A stretch of 64,000 bases of DNA, taken from the NCBI GenBank assembly GCA_030699125.1, contig JAUYKM010000009.1:108647-172646 (forward strand), read 5' to 3'. This DNA comes from Candidatus Daviesbacteria bacterium. GTDB lineage: Bacteria; Patescibacteriota; Microgenomatia; Daviesbacterales; UBA10151. A model generated the notes under the pieces. It saw only the letters and a program-made list of their open reading frames with translations. It did not search any database and was not told the origin of the DNA. Numbering within the stretch: position 1 is the stretch's first letter; every line of letters starts with the position of its first letter. Position numbers and translations under genes: made by a program. Shown here in pieces: positions 45,618-54,688 of the stretch.

Positions 45618-47990
45618 ATGTTGGATTATTCAACAATCGCTTGGATTAAAATTATAGTTTTTTTGATTCCCATTTGGTTTACAGGAATAATAGTGGTTCG
45701 ATCTATCGTTAAGAGACAGAGAGTCGAGCTGGTCCTTCCTGTAGGCTTAATAGTGGGGCTTTCCCTATATGTTTTTTTCTTAAACAGTTTGTCATATATT
45801 TTAACTCCTCCTTGGAGCATCTTAATCTCTTACATAATTTTTCCCATGATAGGATTTATCTTTTGGAGAGTTTGTAAATTTGATAAGTGGGATTTGCTCA
45901 ATGGTAAGATATTATTCGTCTACCTTTTATCACTTTTATTGTGGACAAGCTTATTCATTTGGAAAGGTAATTTTGCTTTAATTGGAAGCGATACAAATCT
46001 TTATTATTCTGTTGCGCATACATTCTTAAATGGTAATTTCCCTCCCAAAACGCCATGGCAGCCGGATCTATCATTAGTTTATCATCTTGGAACCTTTGAA
46101 CTATTAGGTGCTTTTTATTATTTTACAAATCTCCCGTTTCAATTTCTACATATTTTCTTTTCTGCTATTATGATTCTTGCATGTTCGCAGATTATTATTT
46201 GGCTTTGGAAAAGACATGAGTCCTTCATTTCAGTAACTATAATAAATTTAGCAGTTGCTGTAATTTTTATCAGTTTTGGTTTCTTTAAAATAGTGATTCC
46301 CGTCTTTCCTTTAAAATTTCCAAATATACCCTCGATTCATGAGTTTTTTTTATATATCAGAAACCTGCCTACTGTTAATCAGTCAATTGAAGTATATGGA
46401 GCCGCGATTAATTTGGATGGTCTAATTTATTTCATTTTTCATATTTTTGGAATTTCCATATTTATAGCCCTTTTAGCTTTAGTAGTTAATCTCAAAAAGG
46501 AAACCATATATTTGGGATTTACAGTTTTCCTAATTTGTTTGGCTTCCTTAGCTATTATAAATGAATCATTATTTATTGGAGCCTCCTCGTTAATAGTAAT
46601 AAGTTTAATTTATTTGCTTAAGGAGAAAGTTCTTTTAAAAAAGATTAAATTTGTTTCAGTATCTATCCTGATCTTTGGGGTTATTGTTTTGTTTCAAGGG
46701 GGGGTAATAACGAATATTTTGGTAAAAAATGATGCAATTGAATCATCAATAATTTTTTTTCCAAAGAAAGGCCAAATTGAGGGAGATATAGACGCTTATC
46801 ATCTTCATCAACAAATATCAAAAGCATTAGAAGGAAGAAAAAATTGGTATCCTTTCACTTGGATTCATGTGGGAGTTGATTTGTTAATTCTATTTATAAC
46901 TTTATCCATTACTTTCATAAAATATACATCAAATCAGAGGCTGATAATTTTCGCATTATTTCTTGGCGGAGCCCTTTCTTTAATTGCCTATAATAATATA
47001 GTGCCAAAGCTCTTGGCGGCAAATGGTAACAGATTTTTAGGATTTGCATTTATATTTTTTTCATTAGCATTGCTTTACTCCCTTTCTAACTGGATAGGCA
47101 ATTTTCTGAAAGGAAAATCACCCCTTAACTATTTATTAATAATTATTGTGGTGAGTTGGATTTTCTTACCAACGGTTTTGCCGCCATTGACACTTCTTTC
47201 CAAAACTAGATTTGGAGAAAACAAGCTAATTCCCAACGAGTCAATAAGCAGTCCTGGGATTCTGTGGTTGAGAAATAATGCAAATTTTTCCAACAGAGTA
47301 ATGGTCTTAGATAAAAATGCACCTCATCCCAGTGGTCAGGCGCGTGCTTTAGTTGAAGCAGGAATTTTTGCACCGGTTTTTACTGGTAACTTTAGAGCTT
47401 ATACTATTGAAGCCTCTCCGGAATATATTGATACAGCATATTCATTAAGCCCATTAGCTTTGCAAAAATTACAAATCTCTCTACTGCTAATCGATGCAGA
47501 TTTTTACCAGATGTTGCACCAAAAAAGAAAGATTCAATTAGATGATGATAAATACTTCGAAAAAGTTTTTGACAATTCCAATATGCAAAATAATTGGGAA
47601 AAAATTTATAAGATAAAAAAGGAATACTTAAAAAATGGAGAAGAATTAAGCGGTACCCTGGAAGAATTATCGGAAAAATTACTAAAAAGGGAAAAAATTT
47701 ATATAGACAATGAGGAAAATTTTAAGTATGATTTTTTAAGAAGACCAATCATATTTATGTTAAGAAATAAGGATTTATACTTTAATCCTCAGTCAGGTGT
47801 ATATTTAAATGTTGAGGCAAAAATTAATCAAAGGACCCCCGAAGAAGATATTAAATATGATTTTTTAATTTTGGGAAATAAAACTGACTCACATGAGGTT
47901 TGTGATTGCAGTGCAGAATTGATATGGAGGGGATTAAATGGTCAGGTTTATTTATGGAGGTCGGAGTATTTTGGCAAAGTGGAAAAATAA
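45618..47990 (+). CDS. Large polytopic membrane protein (790 aa) with a C-terminal soluble domain of about 280 aa; family unknown.
   Basis: It has at least 14 predicted TM helices over about 500 aa, then a hydrophilic C-terminus. Its 3' end overlaps the convergent GT2 gene by 43 nt. Confidence 0.45.
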   Translation: MLDYSTIAWIKIIVFLIPIWFTGIIVVRSIVKRQRVELVLPVGLIVGLSLYVFFLNSLSYILTPPWSILISYIIFPMIGFIFWRVCKFDKWDLLNGKILFVYLLSLLLWTSLFIWKGNFALIGSDTNLYYSVAHTFLNGNFPPKTPWQPDLSLVYHLGTFELLGAFYYFTNLPFQFLHIFFSAIMILACSQIIIWLWKRHESFISVTIINLAVAVIFISFGFFKIVIPVFPLKFPNIPSIHEFFLYIRNLPTVNQSIEVYGAAINLDGLIYFIFHIFGISIFIALLALVVNLKKETIYLGFTVFLICLASLAIINESLFIGASSLIVISLIYLLKEKVLLKKIKFVSVSILIFGVIVLFQGGVITNILVKNDAIESSIIFFPKKGQIEGDIDAYHLHQQISKALEGRKNWYPFTWIHVGVDLLILFITLSITFIKYTSNQRLIIFALFLGGALSLIAYNNIVPKLLAANGNRFLGFAFIFFSLALLYSLSNWIGNFLKGKSPLNYLLIIIVVSWIFLPTVLPPLTLLSKTRFGENKLIPNESISSPGILWLRNNANFSNRVMVLDKNAPHPSGQARALVEAGIFAPVFTGNFRAYTIEASPEYIDTAYSLSPLALQKLQISLLLIDADFYQMLHQKRKIQLDDDKYFEKVFDNSNMQNNWEKIYKIKKEYLKNGEELSGTLEELSEKLLKREKIYIDNEENFKYDFLRRPIIFMLRNKDLYFNPQSGVYLNVEAKINQRTPEEDIKYDFLILGNKTDSHEVCDCSAELIWRGLNGQVYLWRSEYFGKVEK

Positions 47991-48673
47991 ACTTTCCAAA
48001 TGGCTTTTAAAACATTAAAACCATCTCTTAAAGCTCTGATTCCTGATGCCCCACCCTTTCTTCTAGTGTAAGTAATAGGAATTTGTACCAGTTTCATCCC
48101 CATTCTACAAGCCTTAGTGACAGTTTCCGCCTCATATTCAAAATGCCTTTCTTTTAAATCCAGGGCTAGAAAAGCATCTTTTTTAAACCCTTTAAATCCT
48201 GCCATCACATCGGTAATTTTTCTGTCACAAGCGATGGATGTAGCCAAAGACATGATCCAATTGCCGAAATAGTTTCTAAAACTAATAGAACCTTTCTCAA
48301 TTTTTCCCTGACCACTAAATCTGGTACCAATTACTACATCAGCACCTTTATCTAATGCCTCAACAAAAAGAGGAATTTCCTGAGGCTGAAATTGATGGTC
48401 AGTATCTATTTGAACAATATAATTGCCTGCTGCAAGAAGTCCACCTGCCCAAAAATCCGCCCCCTTACCTCTTTTAAAAGGAAATCTTAAGATTCTATCC
48501 ACTTTCATCCTTTTAGCAATTTGGATAGTTTCATCCTTGGAGGCAGCATCAACTACGATAATTTCTATTGGAAAAAACTTTTTCAGAACTTTGCAATCCT
48601 TAATAGTCCTACCAATATTTTTTTCCTCATTGTAAGAAGTCAAAATTATACTGACCATTTTTTTTCTTTTCAT
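47948..48673 (-). CDS. GT2 polyprenyl-phosphate sugar synthase (Dpm1/GtrB-like).
   Basis: It carries 'VSIILTSYNEEKNIGRTI', 'IIVVDAASKDETIQIAK', 'KRGKGADFWAGG' and 'IVQIDTDHQ' (DXD). Confidence 0.7.
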   Translation of the reverse strand: MKRKKMVSIILTSYNEEKNIGRTIKDCKVLKKFFPIEIIVVDAASKDETIQIAKRMKVDRILRFPFKRGKGADFWAGGLLAAGNYIVQIDTDHQFQPQEIPLFVEALDKGADVVIGTRFSGQGKIEKGSISFRNYFGNWIMSLATSIACDRKITDVMAGFKGFKKDAFLALDLKERHFEYEAETVTKACRMGMKLVQIPITYTRRKGGASGIRALRDGFNVLKAIWKVYFSTLPKYSDLHK

Positions 48674-48708
48674 GATTCTAGAGGCTAGCTTATCCTATAT
48701 AAAAATAC

Positions 48709-48737
48709 TTGTCAATATCGGGTGAATATGCTATAAA
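48709..48737 (+). promoter_or_regulatory. Candidate sigma70-type promoter for gene 48744: a TTGTCA -35 box, a 17-nt spacer, then an extended -10 TGcTATAAA.
   Basis: TTGTCA lies at 48709-48714 and TATAAA at 48732-48737, preceded by TGc. The ATG at 48744 is only 6 nt downstream, suggesting a leaderless or very short-leader mRNA. Confidence 0.35.
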
Positions 48738-48743
48738 ACTCCC

Positions 48744-49775
48744 ATGCCAGAAAAACCAGCAGAATCAAGATGGCTTTATAATCAACCTACTCCCGGTATT
48801 GTAGAGAATTGGTATAGAAGAAATGAGGCTAAGATAAGAAGCCAATGGATTGACCCTAAAATATTAGATGGTGCTTTCATTATGGCAAGTACTGCAGAAG
48901 AGATGAATGGAACGCTTAATTTTAGATATTCGCAAGATAGAGTGGTCATGACTAGAACTGGTTTAGAGGTACCCAGAAGAGATTCACAACTTTATGATGT
49001 TTGGCAAGCTCACAAAAGAGATATGGAAACTAGAGGAGAACGAGATGGGGCAAAATACAGTGTCAGAAGATCCTCTCCATTTCTGACAGATAGTGAACTT
49101 CAGATTGAAGTTTCTGACTTTAGCTGGTCTGGGATGGAACTAAATAATGATGTCAATATAGGCGTACTACCTGAATCATTAAGAGATGGAATATTGCCTA
49201 CCTTAAGATCGGAAGGATACGTTTTTGAGGGTGAACCTCCTAATAATGCAGTTGTCCAAGGTATTATTACCACCAAAGATAAAAAATTAGTTTTAACAAC
49301 AAGAGCTGTTAATGCACAGTATTATCAGGGAACAGTCTCACCCTCTTTTGAGGAGCAAATAGATAGAGATAAAGATGATGATCCTATCGAAACATATTTA
49401 AGGGCTGTCTCATATTCACCGAAATTAAAAAGAGGTGAAGAATTACGACTGAATGTTAGACCCGAAAATATCAGATTAGTCTCTATGGTTTTAGAACCGC
49501 AGTTTAATGCAGTGGGGTTTGTAGTGTTAGGAGTTTGTGAAGAAGAATCCGAGGAAATAGACGAGACTAAGTTTGGGGTGGATAGATCTGAGTTTAATCC
49601 TGAAAAACCAATTTGGACCTTACCATTGGATGAGCCATCTCAACTTCTCAGAGATTTTTATAATCCACAAGGCTTTAGGTGGCATGGAATTGGTAGGGAG
49701 AGAGTGGTAGATGCTCTTGCATCAGTACTTGGTTATGAGGAAGCACTTGATAGATTCTATAAGGCCAGACCTTAA
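48744..49775 (+). CDS. Hypothetical soluble acidic protein of 343 aa; function unknown.
   Basis: It has no TM segment or signal peptide and no motif I recognise. It contains several Cys/Trp and acidic stretches such as 'GVCEEESEEIDE'. It has its own upstream sigma70-like promoter. Confidence 0.5.
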   Translation: MPEKPAESRWLYNQPTPGIVENWYRRNEAKIRSQWIDPKILDGAFIMASTAEEMNGTLNFRYSQDRVVMTRTGLEVPRRDSQLYDVWQAHKRDMETRGERDGAKYSVRRSSPFLTDSELQIEVSDFSWSGMELNNDVNIGVLPESLRDGILPTLRSEGYVFEGEPPNNAVVQGIITTKDKKLVLTTRAVNAQYYQGTVSPSFEEQIDRDKDDDPIETYLRAVSYSPKLKRGEELRLNVRPENIRLVSMVLEPQFNAVGFVVLGVCEEESEEIDETKFGVDRSEFNPEKPIWTLPLDEPSQLLRDFYNPQGFRWHGIGRERVVDALASVLGYEEALDRFYKARP

Positions 49776-49827
49776 AACTTTTCTTCTTGATTTTTGAAGT
49801 TTAATTTAGTAGGATCCTTTTATCTTC

Positions 49828-51156
49828 ATGGACGAGAAAAAAATTGCTATATTTGGGGTAGGCAGAGTAGGACTTCCGCTTGCTTTAGTTTTGGCTGATA
49901 AAGGATTTCAAGTTACGGGAATTGATGTTGATCCCTATAGAATTTCTCTTTTGAAACACAAAATCATGCCTTTTTTGGAAGAAGGGGCACAACCTCTTTT
50001 AGAAAAACATTCTGGTAAAAACTTTCAGATTTTTTCCCAACAACATTTAGATAGGGTAGTATCTGAGAACGATATAATAATTTTAACTTTAGGTACTCCC
50101 ATTGATGATACCTACAGTCCTGACTTTGGTGGAATAGAGGATTTATTAAGAAGTATGGCACCTTCAATAAAGAATGACCATCTAATTATTTTTAGAAGCA
50201 CTTTATCCCCTGGAGCTACTGAACAATTAGCAAGGCAGTTAGAAGAACAGACAAAACTAGAAGTTGGGAAAAATTTATTTATTGTTTATTGCCCGGAAAG
50301 AATTGCTGAGGGAAAATCAGTTGAGGAGTTGGGACAAATCCCTCAAATAATTGGTAGCTTGGATGATGTAAGTGCCAAAAAAGCAGCGGAAGTTTTTGAA
50401 AAAATTGCTCCCAAAATTTTATTTACTAACCCCCGTTCTGCCGAACTTGCCAAATTATTTTGCAATATGTATCGCTATATTGATTTTGCCATCGGGAATG
50501 AATTCATGATGATTGCAGAAGATTATGGATGTGATATTTATGAAGTTTTAAATTTAGTTAATAATGACTATAAAAGGGCTGGGTTAAAAGCTCCCGGCTT
50601 GACTGCGGGTCCGTGTCTTGTTAAGGACGGCTTTTTCCTGATAGATAAGAGCCCTTTTATGGAACTGGTCACGGCAGCATGGAGACTTAATGAGAATATT
50701 CCAGGATATTTACTTTCCAAAATTAAGTCGGAAATTAAGGATTTACACAAGAAGAAAGTGGCTATTTTAGGTTTGGCATTTAAGAAAAATATTGATGATA
50801 TCCGCTATTCTCTTTCTCCAAAAATGCAAAGATATTTTTTAGCAGAAGGGGCAGATGTTTCTGTTTCGGATCCTTTTATAGATTCTAAACCAATCGAGGG
50901 TGCTCTAAAAGGGACAAATATCTTGGTGATTGGTATAAATCATGATATTTATAAAAATTTGGATTTTGGTTATTTAAAAAAATTGGTCTCTGATGATTGT
51001 TTGGTCTGTGATATCTGGAATATCTTTAACACCGGAAAAATCATCTTTTATTTAAAAGATGTGGTTGCTAAATCAGAGGATGGGATTCGATCAAATGGGG
51101 AGGTTAGACCATATAGTAAAAAAAGGAAGGCGGAACGCCCTGGATTAGGTGTATGA
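49828..51156 (+). CDS. Nucleotide-sugar 6-dehydrogenase (UDP-glucose / UDP-ManNAc dehydrogenase family).
   Basis: It carries the N-terminal Rossmann motif 'KIAIFGVGRVGLPLAL', then 'CPERIAEGKSVEEL', 'GPCLVKDG' with the catalytic Cys, and 'GLAFKKNIDDIRYS'. Confidence 0.7.
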   Translation: MDEKKIAIFGVGRVGLPLALVLADKGFQVTGIDVDPYRISLLKHKIMPFLEEGAQPLLEKHSGKNFQIFSQQHLDRVVSENDIIILTLGTPIDDTYSPDFGGIEDLLRSMAPSIKNDHLIIFRSTLSPGATEQLARQLEEQTKLEVGKNLFIVYCPERIAEGKSVEELGQIPQIIGSLDDVSAKKAAEVFEKIAPKILFTNPRSAELAKLFCNMYRYIDFAIGNEFMMIAEDYGCDIYEVLNLVNNDYKRAGLKAPGLTAGPCLVKDGFFLIDKSPFMELVTAAWRLNENIPGYLLSKIKSEIKDLHKKKVAILGLAFKKNIDDIRYSLSPKMQRYFLAEGADVSVSDPFIDSKPIEGALKGTNILVIGINHDIYKNLDFGYLKKLVSDDCLVCDIWNIFNTGKIIFYLKDVVAKSEDGIRSNGEVRPYSKKRKAERPGLGV

Positions 51157-52109
51157 AGACAAAGATACTGGTGACAGGTGGGGCGGGATTTATTGGTAGT
51201 GAGGTTGTAAAACAACTTATTGAAAGAGGGTACCAAGTCAGAGTAGCTGATGATTTATCAAAAAAAGAGGCTAAAGTCCCTAAAGAATGTGAGTTCTTGA
51301 AGCTTGATTTGACTAAAAAAGAAGCAGCGTTACGGGCAATGGAAGGGATAGATTATTGCATACATTTGGCAGCCAAAATTGGCGGGATTGGCTATTTTCA
51401 TAAATATCCAGCAACAATACTTTCCGAAAATAATAAAATGTACTCTGCTGTGTTTGAAGCAGCGGTTGCCAAAAAAATAAAAAGAATTATTTATTTATCC
51501 TCATCCATGGTTTTTGAATCAACTAATAGATTTCCCAGTAAAGAGAGTGATTTGGATAAAATTCCCCCTCCGGTCTCAAGTTATGGTTTCTCCAAATTAG
51601 TGGGGGAGTGGTACTGCAGAGCTTTTAGAGACGAATATGGACTCCCTTACACCATCATAAGACCCTTTAATGCTTATGGCATAAATGAAGCTCCAGGAGA
51701 AGAGATAGGTTATGCTCATGTTATCCCGGATTTAATAAAAAAAATATTGTCTGGCCAATATCCGCTGGAACTTTTAGGAAATGGAAGGCAAACCAGATGT
51801 TTTACTCATGTTTCAGATATTACTAGGGGAATAATACTGGCCATGGAATCTGATAAAGCAATTAATGATGATTTCAATATTGGCTCGGAGAAAGAAATGA
51901 GGATGCTAGATTTAGCAGAGCTACTCTGGCGAAAATGTAATGCAGACAAACCATTTAAAGTTAAATATGTAAAAGGCTTTAAATACGATATTAAAAGAAG
52001 AGTACCATCCTCAAAAAAAACAAAAAAAATATTGAAATGGGAACCCAAAAAGAAATTTGAGCAAGAGTTACCGGAAATTATTAATTGGATTAGTCATAGT
52101 ATTTCTTAA
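51153..52109 (+). CDS. NAD-dependent nucleotide-sugar epimerase/dehydratase (extended SDR).
   Basis: It carries 'KILVTGGAGFIGSEVVKQL', the 'YGFSK' active-site YxxxK motif, and 'RPFNAYG'. Its 5' end overlaps gene 49828 by 4 nt. Confidence 0.75.
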   Translation: MKTKILVTGGAGFIGSEVVKQLIERGYQVRVADDLSKKEAKVPKECEFLKLDLTKKEAALRAMEGIDYCIHLAAKIGGIGYFHKYPATILSENNKMYSAVFEAAVAKKIKRIIYLSSSMVFESTNRFPSKESDLDKIPPPVSSYGFSKLVGEWYCRAFRDEYGLPYTIIRPFNAYGINEAPGEEIGYAHVIPDLIKKILSGQYPLELLGNGRQTRCFTHVSDITRGIILAMESDKAINDDFNIGSEKEMRMLDLAELLWRKCNADKPFKVKYVKGFKYDIKRRVPSSKKTKKILKWEPKKKFEQELPEIINWISHSIS

Positions 52110-52839
52110 AATTGTTTAATCTAATCCTTAAAAGATCATATAAAGATGTAATAATATCGTGAGGCAGTTTCACCTTAGTATTTGAGTCATCTCTCCAGGT
52201 TACCGGCATCTCTTTTATATTAAAACCCCTTTTCTTGCCTATAAAAAGTATTTCCGAATCAAAACCCCAACGATCAATCCTTTGCCTTCTAAAAATTTCC
52301 TCGGCTGCTTTTTTTGAAAAGCATTTGAATCCACAAGTAAAATCCAATAGATTAAGGCCCAAGAAAATTTGAGATAACTTTGTAAATCCTTTACCTAATT
52401 TCTCGCGAATTTTCGGCTGATGCATCAATAATTTTGCCCCTCTTTTTTTCCTTGAGCCAATCAAAATATCAAACTTTTTAAGATGCGGAAGGTAATTATC
52501 AAATTCTTCAATCGGTGTAGAAAAATCAATATCTGTGAAAAGCCGGTAATCGCCTTTTGCTTTAAGCATACCGGTTTTGATTGCAAATCCCTTGCCCTTA
52601 TTCATTTGATAAGAAATTAGTTCGAAAAAATGATGAGGAGGTAGTTGCTTCAATATTTTTCTGATTAATTTTAAACTTTCATCTGTACTGCCATCATTTA
52701 CGAGAATAACTTCAGTTGAGAACTTTTTTTGTCTCAAATAATGAAAAAGTAAGGAGAGATTAGCAATTCTTCCCCCTTCGTTATAAAAGGGAATAATAAT
52801 AGATAAAAAAGGAATATCAATTTTTTTTCTTCTCTTCAT
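52090..52839 (-). CDS. GT2 polyprenyl-phosphate sugar synthase (Dpm1/GtrB-like).
   Basis: It carries 'LSIIIPFYNEGGRI', 'VILVNDGSTDES', 'NKGKGFAIKTG' and 'LFTDIDFSTP' (DXD). Confidence 0.7.
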   Translation of the reverse strand: MKRRKKIDIPFLSIIIPFYNEGGRIANLSLLFHYLRQKKFSTEVILVNDGSTDESLKLIRKILKQLPPHHFFELISYQMNKGKGFAIKTGMLKAKGDYRLFTDIDFSTPIEEFDNYLPHLKKFDILIGSRKKRGAKLLMHQPKIREKLGKGFTKLSQIFLGLNLLDFTCGFKCFSKKAAEEIFRRQRIDRWGFDSEILFIGKKRGFNIKEMPVTWRDDSNTKVKLPHDIITSLYDLLRIRLNNFKKYYD

Positions 52840-53561
52840 TCTTTCTTTGCAATAGCGATAATTGAGGTGCCGAAAGGGATAGTAAAGTGTTTTGCAAGAT
52901 AAAATTCACCGCTTGCCATAAGATTTAATAATGCATTAAAGAATGGATTTGACAATCTAAAATCTGATGGGTAGTTGTTTTTAAAGAACATCCCTTTGAT
53001 CTTACGGATAATTAGTGATGGTATGACTAAAAAGGAATAAAGGTAGGTTACCTTTAGGGGGTGTAAATTAGTATTCTCTAGGGTTCTGATTAAGTTTTCT
53101 TTGGTATACCTTCTCTTATGAAATAGAACTTCATCCCATCTACTCCAGAGCCATGAGAAAGCTGGAACCGTAATAATAATTATGCCATCCTTTTTTAAAA
53201 TTCTTTGCATCTCTTTTAAAGTTTTATTATCATCAGTATGCTCCAATACATCAAGTAGAGTAATAACATCAAAATTATCAGGACTTAGATTTGTTTTTTT
53301 AGCATCCCCGACGAGAACATTTTTCAATCCCCTCATCTTACAATATTTAATAGCGTCAATTGATTGGTCAAGCCCCCAAACTTTGCCAATTTTTTGAAGA
53401 CCTTCCATATTTTTACCCGTCCCACAACCAACATCTAAAATTTTTGGATTTTTAATCTTAATATATGTTTTAATCATATTTTGTACTATTTTCCTTTTTG
53501 AAATATGCCACCAATGTATATCTTCTAACTCGTATAGATCTTGATATAAGTAGGACTTCAT
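52836..53561 (-). CDS. Class I SAM-dependent methyltransferase.
   Basis: It carries 'ILDVGCGTGKNMEGL' (motif I) and 'ITLLDVLEH'. The start is placed at the ATG at 53561 (MKSYLYQ), not 53669, to avoid overlapping the divergent gene 53605 and to give normal spacing to motif I. Confidence 0.65.
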   Translation of the reverse strand: MKSYLYQDLYELEDIHWWHISKRKIVQNMIKTYIKIKNPKILDVGCGTGKNMEGLQKIGKVWGLDQSIDAIKYCKMRGLKNVLVGDAKKTNLSPDNFDVITLLDVLEHTDDNKTLKEMQRILKKDGIIIITVPAFSWLWSRWDEVLFHKRRYTKENLIRTLENTNLHPLKVTYLYSFLVIPSLIIRKIKGMFFKNNYPSDFRLSNPFFNALLNLMASGEFYLAKHFTIPFGTSIIAIAKKE

Positions 53562-53604
53562 AGTATGATGAATTTTGAGAATAATAACATACCAAACATA
53601 AATA

Positions 53605-54111
53605 ATGAAAAGATTAGTATATTTTCTCGCCATCAATTTTTTAATTATACCCTCAATTTTAGTTGCCATTACGCCTAATGTGGTTTATGCGGATGAGATT
53701 GAGGATTTAAAACTGGAGAAGCAACTGGTCAATCCTGACTCTTTCTATTACCCTGCTAAGAGATATATTGAGAATCTACAAAATATGTTTATGTTTTCTA
53801 AAGATAGTAAAGTAAATTTACATAAAAATCTTCTTAAAAAAAGAGCCTCTGAATTAAAGTATATTGTAGAAGATAGGGTTTTATCGGAACTAGAAAGAGG
53901 TTCACAAAGATTTGCTTATCAAGCAGGGATCTTAGTTGAGGAAGCAGAAAAAGATTACACCGAACAAGGTAAGAAGGAAATTAAGGATCAGTTCAGCAAA
54001 TATAAAAAATTACTCGATCAATTGAGAGAAAATTTTAAAGCTAACTCAAGTTTTTGGATGCTAATTCAACAGGATATAGATACACTTGATATACTTTCCG
54101 AAAAGATTTAA
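53605..54111 (+). CDS. Secreted, predominantly alpha-helical protein of 168 aa; function unknown.
   Basis: It has the signal peptide 'MKRLVYFLAINFLIIPSILVAITPNVVYA/DE'. The remainder is charged and coiled-coil-like. Confidence 0.5.
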   Translation: MKRLVYFLAINFLIIPSILVAITPNVVYADEIEDLKLEKQLVNPDSFYYPAKRYIENLQNMFMFSKDSKVNLHKNLLKKRASELKYIVEDRVLSELERGSQRFAYQAGILVEEAEKDYTEQGKKEIKDQFSKYKKLLDQLRENFKANSSFWMLIQQDIDTLDILSEKI

Positions 54112-54114
54112 TTG

Positions 54115-54681
54115 CTATTCCAGATATACCTGGTAAACTCTAAATTTAAGCTCGAATGAAGGATCATAGTTGCTTAAACCAAAAGCTGCTGTTTCATAGT
54201 CTCCCGAAATCCAATTTAGCTTTCTTTCCACAACATCTAGATCTTGGGTTAATAGAACAGTCTTATTAGTATCTTCAGAGCCTATATGGATAGGCTGCCC
54301 ACCAGGACCCCATCCTTTTCTGTAGATTGACAAGAATATATCAAGGGGTTGATTTACACTAATAAGTGCCTTCAGGTTATGTGCCCTATACAATATATAT
54401 TGGGAAATCTCTCCCCTACATTCAATTAAAGGAGTATAAGGAGTTTTGTCCAGATTGATAAAAGTAAATTCTATATAGTTATCCGAGGTAACTAGACCGT
54501 ATTCAGGTACGACTCTACTGGGAAATAGTCTAGTATACTGCCATATAGTGGGATTAGGAATGGCGCATATATGGTAATTGATATTTAAGGGTGCAGGTTT
54601 TATTGGGTCTCCTGTTCTATAGATTATATACAAAAAAAAGAAAACTAAAAGAAAGATAGCAGTATACTTTATGGTTTTCAT
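54115..54681 (-). CDS. Small N-terminally anchored or secreted protein, paralog B (188 aa); function unknown.
   Basis: The N-terminal TM is 'AIFLLVFFFLYIIY', followed by 'GDPIKP'. It has two conserved Cys, 'VNQPLDIFLSIYRKGWGPGGQP' and 'KLNWISGDYE', all shared with gene 54689. Confidence 0.55.
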   Translation of the reverse strand: MKTIKYTAIFLLVFFFLYIIYRTGDPIKPAPLNINYHICAIPNPTIWQYTRLFPSRVVPEYGLVTSDNYIEFTFINLDKTPYTPLIECRGEISQYILYRAHNLKALISVNQPLDIFLSIYRKGWGPGGQPIHIGSEDTNKTVLLTQDLDVVERKLNWISGDYETAAFGLSNYDPSFELKFRVYQVYLE

Positions 54682-54688
54682 TAAAATA

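Noticed and set aside
52836-53669. Longer 277-aa form of the methyltransferase starting at 53669.
   Set aside because: It would overlap the divergent gene 53605 by 65 nt and add an atypical hydrophobic N-terminal extension. The internal ATG at 53561 gives canonical spacing to the SAM-binding motif.
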